Of a stretch of DNA of 56,330 nucleotides, positions 40,446 to 49,465 are shown one piece after another. A program made the translations under genes and the position numbers. This DNA is from Planctomycetia bacterium (GTDB lineage: Bacteria > Planctomycetota > JAJSAM01 > JAJVHW01): positions 1-56,330 of the forward strand of contig JANNHP010000127.1 of NCBI GenBank assembly GCA_031404455.1, written 5' to 3'. The notes below the pieces were generated by a model. That model was not told the origin of the DNA. It saw nothing but the letters and a program-made list of their open reading frames with translations, and ran no database searches. Each line of letters starts with the position of its first letter. The stretch's first letter is position 1.

Positions 40446-41045
40446 ATGGAACCGTTGGCTGAGCACGACGACCCGCGGACGCTCGCCTTGGACACGAGCA
40501 GCCCTCAAGCGTCGCATCCGGAGGATGGACGTCTCATGGAGGCGTACGCCAAGGGTGACACTTCTGCGTTCTCGGAGCTCTTCACACGCCACGGAGGTGC
40601 CGTGTTCGGACGCATGCAGAGATCTGTGGGTTGCGCGGCCGCCCGCGATCTGACGCAGCAGACGTTCCTGCAACTGCACCGGGCGCGCAGGGATTTCCGG
40701 ATCGGCGCCGCGTTCGCCCCGTGGCTCATGACGATCGCGCAGAACGTGCTCCGCGACCACCTTCGCCGCGCAGCACGAGCGCCTGGCAGCGTGTCGCTGC
40801 TCGACGAGCCTGCGGCGCCGTCGCGCGCTCAGTCGGCCGCCGACGTGCGCGAATCCGTGCAAGCCGCGCTGGCGCAGCTACCGGCGTCTCAGCGTGAAGT
40901 GGTGCGCGGGTACTGGCTCGAGCATCGGTCCTACTCCGACATCGCCCGCGATCTCGGCATCACGCGCGGCGCCGTCAAAGTGCGCGCGCATCGCGCCTAC
41001 CGCACACTGCGCCGGATCCTGCTCGCCCAGGGATACGACGCCTGA
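40446..41045 (+). CDS. ECF RNA polymerase sigma factor
   Basis: LMEAYAKGDTSAFSELF, ARDLTQQTFLQLH, FAPWLMTIAQN, ALAQLPASQREVV, AVKVRAHRAY; alternative start 40536. Confidence 0.9.
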   Translation: MEPLAEHDDPRTLALDTSSPQASHPEDGRLMEAYAKGDTSAFSELFTRHGGAVFGRMQRSVGCAAARDLTQQTFLQLHRARRDFRIGAAFAPWLMTIAQNVLRDHLRRAARAPGSVSLLDEPAAPSRAQSAADVRESVQAALAQLPASQREVVRGYWLEHRSYSDIARDLGITRGAVKVRAHRAYRTLRRILLAQGYDA

Positions 41046-41758
41046 TGCCGAACCGCGAACGCCTTGACGACGAACTTCGAGCGATCCTGCCCGATCTCGA
41101 GGCGGCGATCCGGGCCGACGACCGCGGCTGGCGCCGTGCGCGGTCCTGGCCGACGAACGTGCGGCGGGCGGCTGCAATGGCGCTTCTCCTCGCGCTGGAT
41201 GCGGTGATCCTGTTCGGATCGCCGCGGACCGACCTCGAGGTCCTTCCCGTGGTCCGGACCCTCGCTGTGATCGCGGGCGTCCTCGTGTGCGCAGCGCTCG
41301 CCGCAGCGCTGTTCCTGCGCCCGCTCGACCGTCGGCCCGTGCGTCGCTCGACGTTCGGCTCGGCGGTCGCGGCCCTGACGATCCTGCCGCTTGCACTGGC
41401 GCTGCTGCCGGCCGCTCACCACGACCTCGGCGCTCACCCCGAGTCGTTCGTCGGGGCGGGTGCGGACTTCTGGCCCAGGGCGATCGGGTGCCTCCTCTTC
41501 GGATCTCTAGTTGGGGCGCCTGTGGCCGCCGGCCTCCTCCTGGTGGATCGCCGGCCGCGCACGGGACCCGGGCGACTGATGCTCGCCGCGGGCTTCGGCG
41601 GCGCGGCCGGATCTCTCGGGCTCCTCCTGCACTGCCCCCTCGAGGTCGTCACGCACCGGGTGACGGGGCACGGCGCGATCGCAGTGGCTGTGGCTCTCTT
41701 GCTCGCCCTGGCGCTGCGCCTGATCCGGCGGCTCGTGGAATTCCGATCAGCCGCGTAA
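41045..41758 (+). CDS. NrsF/DUF1109-like membrane anti-sigma factor
   Basis: TGATG coupling to the sigma gene; ~6 TMs; GCLLFG and LHCP...H...GH motifs. Confidence 0.72.
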   Translation: MPNRERLDDELRAILPDLEAAIRADDRGWRRARSWPTNVRRAAAMALLLALDAVILFGSPRTDLEVLPVVRTLAVIAGVLVCAALAAALFLRPLDRRPVRRSTFGSAVAALTILPLALALLPAAHHDLGAHPESFVGAGADFWPRAIGCLLFGSLVGAPVAAGLLLVDRRPRTGPGRLMLAAGFGGAAGSLGLLLHCPLEVVTHRVTGHGAIAVAVALLLALALRLIRRLVEFRSAA

Positions 41759-41779
41759 CCGGCCGCTCGCCCGTGCGTA
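41755..41779 (+). promoter_or_regulatory. Candidate ECF (SigF-type) promoter upstream of the propeller gene
   Basis: GTAACC-N15-CGTA, resembling the GTAACC-N16-CGAA consensus of NrsF-associated SigF. Confidence 0.4.
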
Positions 41780-41868
41780 CTTCCTCCGCGGGTCCCTGCT
41801 CCATCTCGGGCGCGCATGCCCGGGAGCGGGGACGACGGAAGGAGTCGCACATCACGAGGGAGTCGGAC

Positions 41869-42792
41869 ATGAACTCATCGAGAGCTGCCGGATTCGTCCT
41901 GTCGCTCGGGGTCCTCAGCGCGGGCCTCGCACTTTCCGCAACGTCGGCGGTGGGCGCCAAGACATCGAACTCGTTCACCAAGCGAGTGGTCGCCTCGGGT
42001 CTCTCCCGTCCGACCGGCATCGTCGTGCAGGGTAGCGAGACGGTCTACTTCACCGAGATCCCCTCACCCGGCGTCGCGGGCGCGGGCAACGGCGTGCGAG
42101 TCCTCTCGCTCGGCTCCGGCGCCGTCGCATCGCTCCACGACGGCGAGCCCGAGCCGGTCAACCTGGCGCTCGGAAAGGGATCGAACCTCTACTGGACGTG
42201 CAAGAGCGCGGGGGTCATCCTCGAGCGGAAGCCGAACGGCACGGTCGCACCGCTCCTCGTAGGCCTCGTCCAGCCGAGCGGCATCGCGGTCGGCCACGAG
42301 GGCGATGTCTACTTCACGCAGCTCCCGACCCCCGGTGTCGGCGGCGGCTCCGGCGGGACCAACACCGTCAACGTGAGCGACGGGACGTCGATCACGGTCC
42401 TCACGACCGGAGAGCCGCAGCCGACGGACATCGCTGTGAACAGGCGTGGAGACGCGTACTGGACCTGCAAGAGCGCGGGCGTGATCCTCCAGCGCTCCGC
42501 CGCCGGAGTCGTCTCGCTGCTCTTGTCAGGGCTCGACTCGCCGACCGGCATCGCTCTGGACCACACAGGCGGCAAGCTCTACTTCACCGAGATCCCGACG
42601 CCGGGGGTGTCCGCGTCGGGAGGCGGCCGGAACGCGGTCTACGAGATCGATCTGACGTCGATGGAACGCACCTTGGTGGATTTCGGCGATCCCGAGCCGA
42701 CCGACATCGCAGTCGCGCGCAACGGATCGCTTTACTGGACGTGCAGCAGCGCGGGCGTGATCGTCGAAGCCTCGCGAACCGGCGGCAGGTAG
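41869..42792 (+). CDS. Secreted beta-propeller protein (three tandem two-blade repeats, NHL-like)
   Basis: Signal peptide; 3x [P(T/S)GI...YFT(E/Q)(I/L)P.PGV...N.V...G(E/D)P(E/Q)P...YWTC(K/S)SAGVI]. Confidence 0.8.
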   Translation: MNSSRAAGFVLSLGVLSAGLALSATSAVGAKTSNSFTKRVVASGLSRPTGIVVQGSETVYFTEIPSPGVAGAGNGVRVLSLGSGAVASLHDGEPEPVNLALGKGSNLYWTCKSAGVILERKPNGTVAPLLVGLVQPSGIAVGHEGDVYFTQLPTPGVGGGSGGTNTVNVSDGTSITVLTTGEPQPTDIAVNRRGDAYWTCKSAGVILQRSAAGVVSLLLSGLDSPTGIALDHTGGKLYFTEIPTPGVSASGGGRNAVYEIDLTSMERTLVDFGDPEPTDIAVARNGSLYWTCSSAGVIVEASRTGGR

Positions 42793-42872
42793 CAACCGCA
42801 GTCGGAGCGGCGAGGGGGCGCCACGCCCCCTCGCCTTCGCGTGCCGGGGCAGCCGCGACGTGCCACGAAGTG

Positions 42873-42955
42873 CGGTGCCAGGAACGAGCCGGCGGCGCTC
42901 GAGCGCCTCCGACCTGACGACTCGTTCCTGGCACCGTGTGTCCTGGCACCGTGTG
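42873..42955. repeat. 16-bp inverted repeat plus 15-bp tandem duplication (REP-like)
   Basis: CGGTGCCAGGAACGAG (42873-42888) / CTCGTTCCTGGCACCG (42921-42936); TCCTGGCACCGTGTG twice (42926-42955). Confidence 0.8.
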
Positions 42956-43070
42956 GCACGGAGGCCGCGCCGCGAGCGGTGTCGTAGACGGTAGCGGGAA
43001 AAACGGGTCGGGTACGTTCTTACCGCTTTCGGCGTGCAGCGCGGACGGCGTCTCGCGGGAAGATCTGCCG

Positions 43071-46000
43071 ATGGAAGCGATCACACGACCGACGACGCCT
43101 GCGCCGTCGGTCGAGGCGTCGCTCGCGCGGTTCCGCGAGACGGGCGACCCGGCCGCGCTCGCCGACGTGTTCGACCGCGCGGCACCGGAGCTCTTCCGGC
43201 TCGCCCTCGCGTGGACACCCGACGCCGCCTCGGCCGAGGACGCGCTGCAGGAGACCTTCGTCACCGTGTTCGAAGCCGTGCGCGCATGGGATCCGTCGCG
43301 GCCCGCGATGCCGTGGCTCGCGGGAGTGCTGCGTCACAAAGCGGAGAAGGTGCGGCACCGCGCGCGCCGCGAGCCCGATCCGTTGCGCGTCACTCCGCCG
43401 CTCGGCGCGCCCGATCCGTCGTCGGAGGCCGCACGTCGCGACGATCTCGAGCGAGTGCGCGCGGCGATCGCCGCGCTCCCTGAGCCGTACCGCGCGGTCG
43501 CCGTCATGCGGTGGCGCTACGGCCTCGAACCGGCGGAGATCGCCGAGATCCGGGGCGAACCGCCAGGGACGGTGCGATCGACGCTGACCCGCGCGCTGCG
43601 GAAGCTCCGGGCGGGACTGCGCGGCCCCGCGGCGGCGTTCGCCTGGTTCGGACGCGAGCCGCGCGGACTGCCGGGCGTCCGGGAGTCCGTTCTCCGCGAG
43701 GCCGCACGTCACGCCGCGACTTCCGGTACTGCGACGGTCGGCGGCGCTGCGGCGCTGGGAGGGTTCGTCATGGCGAAGAAGGCGATCGTCGCGACGGTGG
43801 CGTTGCTGCTGCTCGCTGGCGGCGCGGTCGTCGTGAGCGAACTCGCGTCGCAGACCGCTCCGCGCAGCGCCGCCGCGCCGCCGCCGACGGTCCCCGCCAC
43901 GCCGCCGACTCGCGCAAGACCCGAGGCGCCGCCCGAGGTGCCTGTCGCCGAAACGCTCCGGGCGCCCATCGACCTCGATGCCGTCGATCGCGACCGCGAC
44001 CTGCACGGCGTCGTCGTTCGCCGCGACGACACGCCCGTCGCGGGAGCGGCGATCGTCGCGGTGACGTATCCGTGGAGACGGGCGAGCCGCCTGAACCATG
44101 CCGAGTACCGGTCCGCCGTGGACGGACCCGTCACCCGATCGTCGACCGACGGCACGTTCGCGCTGCGACTCGAGCGCGGTGACTGCGTCGCGCTGCGCGT
44201 GTCGTCGCCGGGACTCGCGCCCGTGGAACTCTCGATGCGGCAGGCGGGTGAACGCGTCCGCGTCGTGCTGATGGAGGGCGTCGCGGTCCGCGTCGTCGTC
44301 ACGGATGCCGTGAACGTTCCGCTCGCAGGCGCGTCCGTGGAGTTGAGCGACGACCGGACGGGCACGACGACGACCTGGCGCCGCGCGGAGTCCGACGCTC
44401 AGGGCGTCGCACGTTTCGACTCGCTCGCGACCGCGACGCGCGTCTTCGTCCACTGCACGATGCCGGGCCGCGCGAGCTCGAGTGTGCAGATCGTGGATCT
44501 GCCGCAGACGGGCGAAGCGCAGGTGAGCGTCGTCCTAGCGACGGGCCGGACGCTGCGCGGCCGCGTCACCGACGCGGAAACGGGAGCCCCGGTCGCGGGC
44601 GCGAGCGTCGGGTTCGCCTGGGACGCCGAACGCGCCGTCGCAGCCGGCGGCGACGGGACGTACGCGCTGACGGGGCTCGCCGAGAAGGGCGACGAGAAGG
44701 TCACCGTCCGCGCCGTCGGTTTCTCGGTCGCGCGCGAGACGCCGGGCACCCGCGATGTCGTCGATTTCTCCCTGCGCCGCGGCTTCGCCGCGACCGGACG
44801 CATCGTCGGCACGGACGGCGCGCCCGTCGCCGGGGCGCTCGTCGCCGCGGTCGCGTCGCCATCGGAGAACGGCGGAGCCATGTGCCTCAGCACGGGGTTC
44901 GCGCAGAGCGCGGCGGACGGACGCTTCCGGATCGCGGACCTCGACCGCGCGCTCCGGCACGTGCTCACGGTGACGGCGGAGCGATGCGGACGTCTGTGCG
45001 TGTCGATCCCGACGCCCGAACCGCGCGCCGACGCGGACCTCGGCGACGTGACGCTCCCCGCGTCGCGGGCGATCGAGGGCCGCGTGCTGGACGCCGCGAC
45101 GAAGCCGTCCGCGGGCATCCGCGTCATCGCGAGCGGCCCGCTCGGCGCGGACTCCGGCCCGCCGCTCTGGCGCACCGACGAGCGCCTCACCGACGACCTC
45201 GGCCGGTTCCGGTTCGGCGATCTCGCACCCGGACGCTACCTCGTGATCGCCTCGCCCGACGGCGCTCCGCGGATCCAGGCGACGGTCGACGTCCTCGCGG
45301 GGAGCGACGTCCTCGGCCTCGTCCTCACGCAGTCGGGCACTCGCAAGCTGACGGTCCGCGTGCTGGACGACGCCGGTTCGCCCGTGGAGCGCGCGCTCGT
45401 CGACGCGAGCGGACGCGGCGGCGCGCAGTTCGCCCGCGCGCAGACCGGCTCCGACGGCACCGCGCGGCTCTCCGTCGGCGCGAACGCCCTCTTCGTCCAC
45501 GCGTACCCGCCATACGGGAGCCCGCGCCCGTTCCTCTCGAGCGAGATGCAGACGCTCCGGTTCGACACGGACGAACTCGCGTTCGTGCTCCGCGAGGGCG
45601 CATGGCTCTCCGGAAGGCTCCTCGATCCCGACGGGAAGCCCATCGCCCACGCGCTCGTTCGCGTCCGCGTGGGCCCGGACCGCGAGCAGACGGCGTCCAC
45701 CGACGCGGACGGCCGCTTTCGCGCGGCCGTGCAGCGCGGCGCGACGTGCTCCGTGCGTTTCGACGGGATCGTCGTCGGCCGCGACACGGACCTCAGCGCC
45801 CGCGCCGACCTCGCCGCGCCGGGCGTCGACGTGATCCTCAGGTGCGAGCGGGTCGCCACGGGACGCACGATCCTCGTCCGCGTCGTCGATCCCTCTGGCC
45901 GTCCCGTCGCCGGCGCCTTCGTCTTCCTCTCCGGCGACCACCGCGAGACGTTGCGCCGCGCCGACACCGACGCGGAGGGCCGCGCGCGGTTCGCCGATCT

Positions 46001-46376
46001 CCCGGCGCACGAGTGGCGCCTGACGGCGGGGAGTCACGGCGTGTGGATCCAGGCGGCGCCGGTCGCCGCGGTGCCGGACGGGCAGGAGGTCACGCTCGCG
46101 CTGCGCACGGCGGCGACGCTGCGCGGCGTCGTCGTCGGGAAGGACGGACGCGGCATCCGCGCCGTCGCCGCCGCGCGGTCCGGCGCCGACGGGTGGTTCT
46201 ACGTCAGCGACCTCACCGCCGACGACGGCACGTTCACGCTCAGGGTCTCCATCGACGATCCGGGCCCATTCCGCGTGACGGCGCGCTTCACCGACTCGTC
46301 GCCCGGCGCCGAGGACGCCGAGCAGGACGGCGTCGCGCCGGGGGCGTCGGACGTGCGGATCGTGATGCCGCGCTGA
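43071..46376 (+). CDS. ECF sigma factor fused via a TM helix to carboxypeptidase-regulatory-like repeats
   Basis: AEDALQETF, PWLAGVL, ALPEPYRAV, GTVRSTLTRA; TM KKAIVATVALLLLAGGAVVV; repeated G.V.D..G.PVAGA.V...TD.DGRF units. Confidence 0.88.
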   Translation: MEAITRPTTPAPSVEASLARFRETGDPAALADVFDRAAPELFRLALAWTPDAASAEDALQETFVTVFEAVRAWDPSRPAMPWLAGVLRHKAEKVRHRARREPDPLRVTPPLGAPDPSSEAARRDDLERVRAAIAALPEPYRAVAVMRWRYGLEPAEIAEIRGEPPGTVRSTLTRALRKLRAGLRGPAAAFAWFGREPRGLPGVRESVLREAARHAATSGTATVGGAAALGGFVMAKKAIVATVALLLLAGGAVVVSELASQTAPRSAAAPPPTVPATPPTRARPEAPPEVPVAETLRAPIDLDAVDRDRDLHGVVVRRDDTPVAGAAIVAVTYPWRRASRLNHAEYRSAVDGPVTRSSTDGTFALRLERGDCVALRVSSPGLAPVELSMRQAGERVRVVLMEGVAVRVVVTDAVNVPLAGASVELSDDRTGTTTTWRRAESDAQGVARFDSLATATRVFVHCTMPGRASSSVQIVDLPQTGEAQVSVVLATGRTLRGRVTDAETGAPVAGASVGFAWDAERAVAAGGDGTYALTGLAEKGDEKVTVRAVGFSVARETPGTRDVVDFSLRRGFAATGRIVGTDGAPVAGALVAAVASPSENGGAMCLSTGFAQSAADGRFRIADLDRALRHVLTVTAERCGRLCVSIPTPEPRADADLGDVTLPASRAIEGRVLDAATKPSAGIRVIASGPLGADSGPPLWRTDERLTDDLGRFRFGDLAPGRYLVIASPDGAPRIQATVDVLAGSDVLGLVLTQSGTRKLTVRVLDDAGSPVERALVDASGRGGAQFARAQTGSDGTARLSVGANALFVHAYPPYGSPRPFLSSEMQTLRFDTDELAFVLREGAWLSGRLLDPDGKPIAHALVRVRVGPDREQTASTDADGRFRAAVQRGATCSVRFDGIVVGRDTDLSARADLAAPGVDVILRCERVATGRTILVRVVDPSGRPVAGAFVFLSGDHRETLRRADTDAEGRARFADLPAHEWRLTAGSHGVWIQAAPVAAVPDGQEVTLALRTAATLRGVVVGKDGRGIRAVAAARSGADGWFYVSDLTADDGTFTLRVSIDDPGPFRVTARFTDSSPGAEDAEQDGVAPGASDVRIVMPR

Positions 46377-46419
46377 GAAAGCGACGGAAACGGGTCGGAG
46401 ACGGTACCGACGCTTTCTC
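46372..46419. repeat. 48-bp hairpin repeat, copy 1
   Basis: GCTGAGAAAGCGACGGAAACGGGTCGGAGACGGTACCGACGCTTTCTC; 47/48 identical to 47827-47874; includes the upstream TGA. Confidence 0.9.
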
Positions 46420-46511
46420 GCCCGCTTCCGTCGCGGCCTCCGATACGCCATACTCTCGCCCGAGACGGCGCCTTCCCGCGCAGCAACGGCCTGCCGGGAC
46501 GCGCGCCTGAG

Positions 46512-47816
46512 ATGGAGGCGACGATGAGGATGCTCCCGACCGTGTTCGCGATCGCTGCCCTCGTGGGCGCGGCGCTCCTCGTCGCCATCCCGGCCCGCGC
46601 CGCGGGCGGGGCGAGCGTGAAGGCCACGGCTCCGCTCCTGCGCGCCGGTGGCGCCGTCGCGACCGGCCAGGGCTTCGTCGCCGTCTCCGCGAAGGGGACG
46701 AAGGTGAGCGTCGAGTTCTCCGTCGCCAAGCTCCCCGCGAGCGTCGCGGCGCCGCTCGGCGTGTTCGTGGAGGAGGGCGTCGGCGCCGGCACGTTCACGC
46801 AGGCGGCGTCGATCGCCGCCCTGAAGAAGGGCGCGGGCAAGGTCGCGCTCTCTTCCGCGTCCGGTCCCCCCGCCGCGCTCGGAGTCACGGACCTCGCCGA
46901 ACTCGTGGGCCGCGCAGTCGAGATCCGCAGCGGCGACGGCACGGCCGTCCTCGCTGCGAAGTTCCCCGCGCTCGAGAAGTTCGTCGGCACGAAGGTCGCG
47001 ACCAGCTTCGGCCCGTCCCAGGACTCCCCGCTCGCGAAGCTCAGCGCGAAGCTCACCGGCACGCCGTCGGCGAAGACCGGGAGCGAGAAGTTCCTGCTGA
47101 AGGCGAAGGGGCTCGCGCCCGGCACGGTCTACGCGCTCTGGATGGAGGACGCGCCGGGCTCCGGTGTGTTCGTGGCGGTGGGCGACCTCGTGGGCGGCCA
47201 GTTCCTGCGCGACCAGGCGAAGGGCGACACGCTCCCGTTCGGAGCGGCGTCGCTCGCCGACCTCGTCGGGCGCGCGGTCGAACTGCGCGACTCGACGGGA
47301 CCGGTCGGACGGGGCACGTTCCCGCTGATCTACCTGGGCATGAGCTGGCCCCAGACCAACGTCTTCATCATCGACGAGCCGGGCTCGTCCGACCGCTACC
47401 TGCGCTACGTCACCGGGGTCGTCGTCTACCGCAGCCAGGTGGACCTGACCGCCACGTCGATTGCGGAGCTCATCGCCGAGGGAGAGGCGGACTGGCGCCT
47501 TGATCCGAAGGGGAGCGTGCCGGGCGGACTCGTCTGCACGGTGCGACTCGACGACGACGACCGGTACTGGTGGCAGGTGGGCAGCTCCGGGGGGCAGCAC
47601 TATCTGGGGATGCGCTACGGCTCGTCGCCGCCGTCCAACCTCGACGACGGGAAGTTCATCCTCCGTTTCGACGCGGACGTCGACGGCCACCGCACGGCGC
47701 GAATCGAGAGCTTCCGCTTCCCCGGCGAGTTCCTCGTGAACGCGGGTCACATACTGACGGCGAACGGCATCCGGTTCTCGTCGACCGAGACGCCGGTGAC
47801 GTTCATCCTGCGCTGA
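46512..47816 (+). CDS. Secreted hypothetical protein
   Basis: Signal peptide; internal repeat (LAELVGRAVEIR / LADLVGRAVELR); distinct aromatic-rich C-terminal domain; start may be 46524. Confidence 0.72.
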   Translation: MEATMRMLPTVFAIAALVGAALLVAIPARAAGGASVKATAPLLRAGGAVATGQGFVAVSAKGTKVSVEFSVAKLPASVAAPLGVFVEEGVGAGTFTQAASIAALKKGAGKVALSSASGPPAALGVTDLAELVGRAVEIRSGDGTAVLAAKFPALEKFVGTKVATSFGPSQDSPLAKLSAKLTGTPSAKTGSEKFLLKAKGLAPGTVYALWMEDAPGSGVFVAVGDLVGGQFLRDQAKGDTLPFGAASLADLVGRAVELRDSTGPVGRGTFPLIYLGMSWPQTNVFIIDEPGSSDRYLRYVTGVVVYRSQVDLTATSIAELIAEGEADWRLDPKGSVPGGLVCTVRLDDDDRYWWQVGSSGGQHYLGMRYGSSPPSNLDDGKFILRFDADVDGHRTARIESFRFPGEFLVNAGHILTANGIRFSSTETPVTFILR

Positions 47817-47826
47817 CGCCTCGCGG

Positions 47827-47877
47827 GCTGAGAAAGCGACGAAAACGGGTCGGAGACGGTACCGACGCTTTCTCAGC
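47827..47877. repeat. 48-bp hairpin repeat, copy 2; probable bidirectional terminator
   Basis: GCTGAGAAAGCG...CGCTTTCTCAGC 12-bp stem containing the gltA stop. Confidence 0.9.
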
Positions 47878-49162
47878 GCGACGCGATGGGCGCGACCTTC
47901 CGGCCGCGGTGGCCGAGGTAGATCTGCCGCGGACGCGCGATCTTCTGCTCGGGGTCGTCGAGCATCTCGTCGTACTGCGCAAGCCACCCGCTCGTGCGCG
48001 GCACGGCGAAGAGCACGGTGAAGTAGGAGGGGTCGAAGCCGAGCGACTCGTAGATGAGGCCGGAGTAGAAGTCGACGTTGGGATAGAGGTTGCGCTCGAT
48101 GAAGTACTTCTCGCTGAGCGCGATGCGCTCGAGTTCGAGCGCGATGTCGATCTTCGGGTTCTTGCCGGTGACGCCGAAGACCTCGTGGCAGACCTTCTGG
48201 ATGATCTTCGCGCGCGGGTCGTAGCTCTTGTAGACGCGGTGGCCGAAGCCCATGAGCTTCGCCTTCTTGTTCTTCACTCCGTCGAGGAACGCCGGGATCG
48301 CGGCGACGGCCTTGATCTCCTCCAGCATCCGCAGCACTTCCTCGTTCGCGCCGCCGTGCAGCGGGCCTGAGAGCGCCGCGATCGCTGCCGCGGAGCAAGA
48401 GTACGGATCGCACTCCGACGATCCGACCGCGCGCATCGCGGCGGCCGAGCAGTTCTGCTCGTGATCGCCGTGCAGCGTGAACAGGATGTCCATCGCCTTC
48501 TCGAGGATGGGGTTCACCGGCGTGCGGTCGTTCTGGTCCTTCGCGCGAATCATCCACACGAAGTTGCCGACGTACCCGAGCTCCGGCCGCGGCGCGACCT
48601 GCGGGAGGCCCCTGCGGTGACGCCAGACCGCGGCGGCGAGGAGCGGCATCTGCGCGATGATCCGCGTCATGTGCTCGCGGCGGACGGCCTTGTCGCGGAC
48701 GTGGCGCGCGTCGTTGTTGTAGGCGCCGAGCCCGGCGGCGAGCGCCATGAGCATCGGCATCGGGTGGCCGTCTTTCGGCATCCCGTCGAGGATCTTCAGC
48801 AGGTTCGCGGGCAGCGTCGCGCGCTTCGCGAGGTCGGCGCAGAACGCGTCGTGCTGGGACTTCGTCGGGAGGTCGCCGTTGAGCAGCGCCCACGCCACCT
48901 CGGTGAACTTCGCGTGCTCGGCGAGGTCCGCGATCGGGTAGCCGCGGTACTCGAGGACGCCCTTGTCGCCGTCGATGAACGTGATCCGGCTCTTGCAGGA
49001 CGTGGTGTTCGTGAACGCCGGATCGTGCGAGAGGAGGCCGAAGTCCTCCGGGTCCGTCTGCATCTGGCGCAGGTCCATCGCCTTCACCGCGCCGTCCTTG
49101 ATGTCGAGGACGTACGTCTTCTCCGTGCGCTTGTCGACGATCTGCAGCTTCGGTTCGGGCAT
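47873..49162 (-). CDS. gltA: Citrate synthase
   Basis: ITFIDGDKGVLEYRGYPI, HGDHEQNCS, GPLHGGANE, LMGFGHRVYKSYDPRA, LYPNVDFYSG, KIARPRQIY. Confidence 0.96.
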   Translation of the reverse strand: MPEPKLQIVDKRTEKTYVLDIKDGAVKAMDLRQMQTDPEDFGLLSHDPAFTNTTSCKSRITFIDGDKGVLEYRGYPIADLAEHAKFTEVAWALLNGDLPTKSQHDAFCADLAKRATLPANLLKILDGMPKDGHPMPMLMALAAGLGAYNNDARHVRDKAVRREHMTRIIAQMPLLAAAVWRHRRGLPQVAPRPELGYVGNFVWMIRAKDQNDRTPVNPILEKAMDILFTLHGDHEQNCSAAAMRAVGSSECDPYSCSAAAIAALSGPLHGGANEEVLRMLEEIKAVAAIPAFLDGVKNKKAKLMGFGHRVYKSYDPRAKIIQKVCHEVFGVTGKNPKIDIALELERIALSEKYFIERNLYPNVDFYSGLIYESLGFDPSYFTVLFAVPRTSGWLAQYDEMLDDPEQKIARPRQIYLGHRGRKVAPIASR

Positions 49163-49465
49163 GTCGGTCTCCGGTCGGTGTCGGCTCGTCGGGAAGCGGC
49201 AGAGTCTATCGGGCCCCGCGACGCCAGCCGGAGTTTCGGAGTGAGGAGATTCGCCGGAGGCGACTCGACGAACGGGCGCGCCCGAGGACGAAGGACGAGG
49301 CCGGACTCGCCAGTGGCGAGTTCGGAGCGCCCCGGGTCCGGCAACGAATCCGAGCAGGGTGTCGCGCGCCTCGCGCGACGGGTCCCCTGCCGGATTCGTC
49401 CGGACGAGGTGGTTCGCACTGCGCCGAAGACGGACGGGCGCGGCCTGCGGTGAAGGAGCGGACCG

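Larger units (their letters stand above)
40129..42990. mobile_element. Direct-repeat-flanked 2.8 kb accessory cassette (ECF sigma, NrsF, beta-propeller)
   Basis: GGCACGGAGGCCGCGCCGCGAGCGG(C/T)GTCGTAGACG at 40129-40164 and 42955-42990 (35/36). The interior visibly uses more A/T-ending codons. No recombinase is encoded inside. Confidence 0.6.

Noticed and set aside
49170-49460. Short inverted repeats upstream of gltA as a possible ncRNA or riboswitch
   Set aside because: Only ~9-bp stems in GC-rich DNA, with no recognisable family motif.
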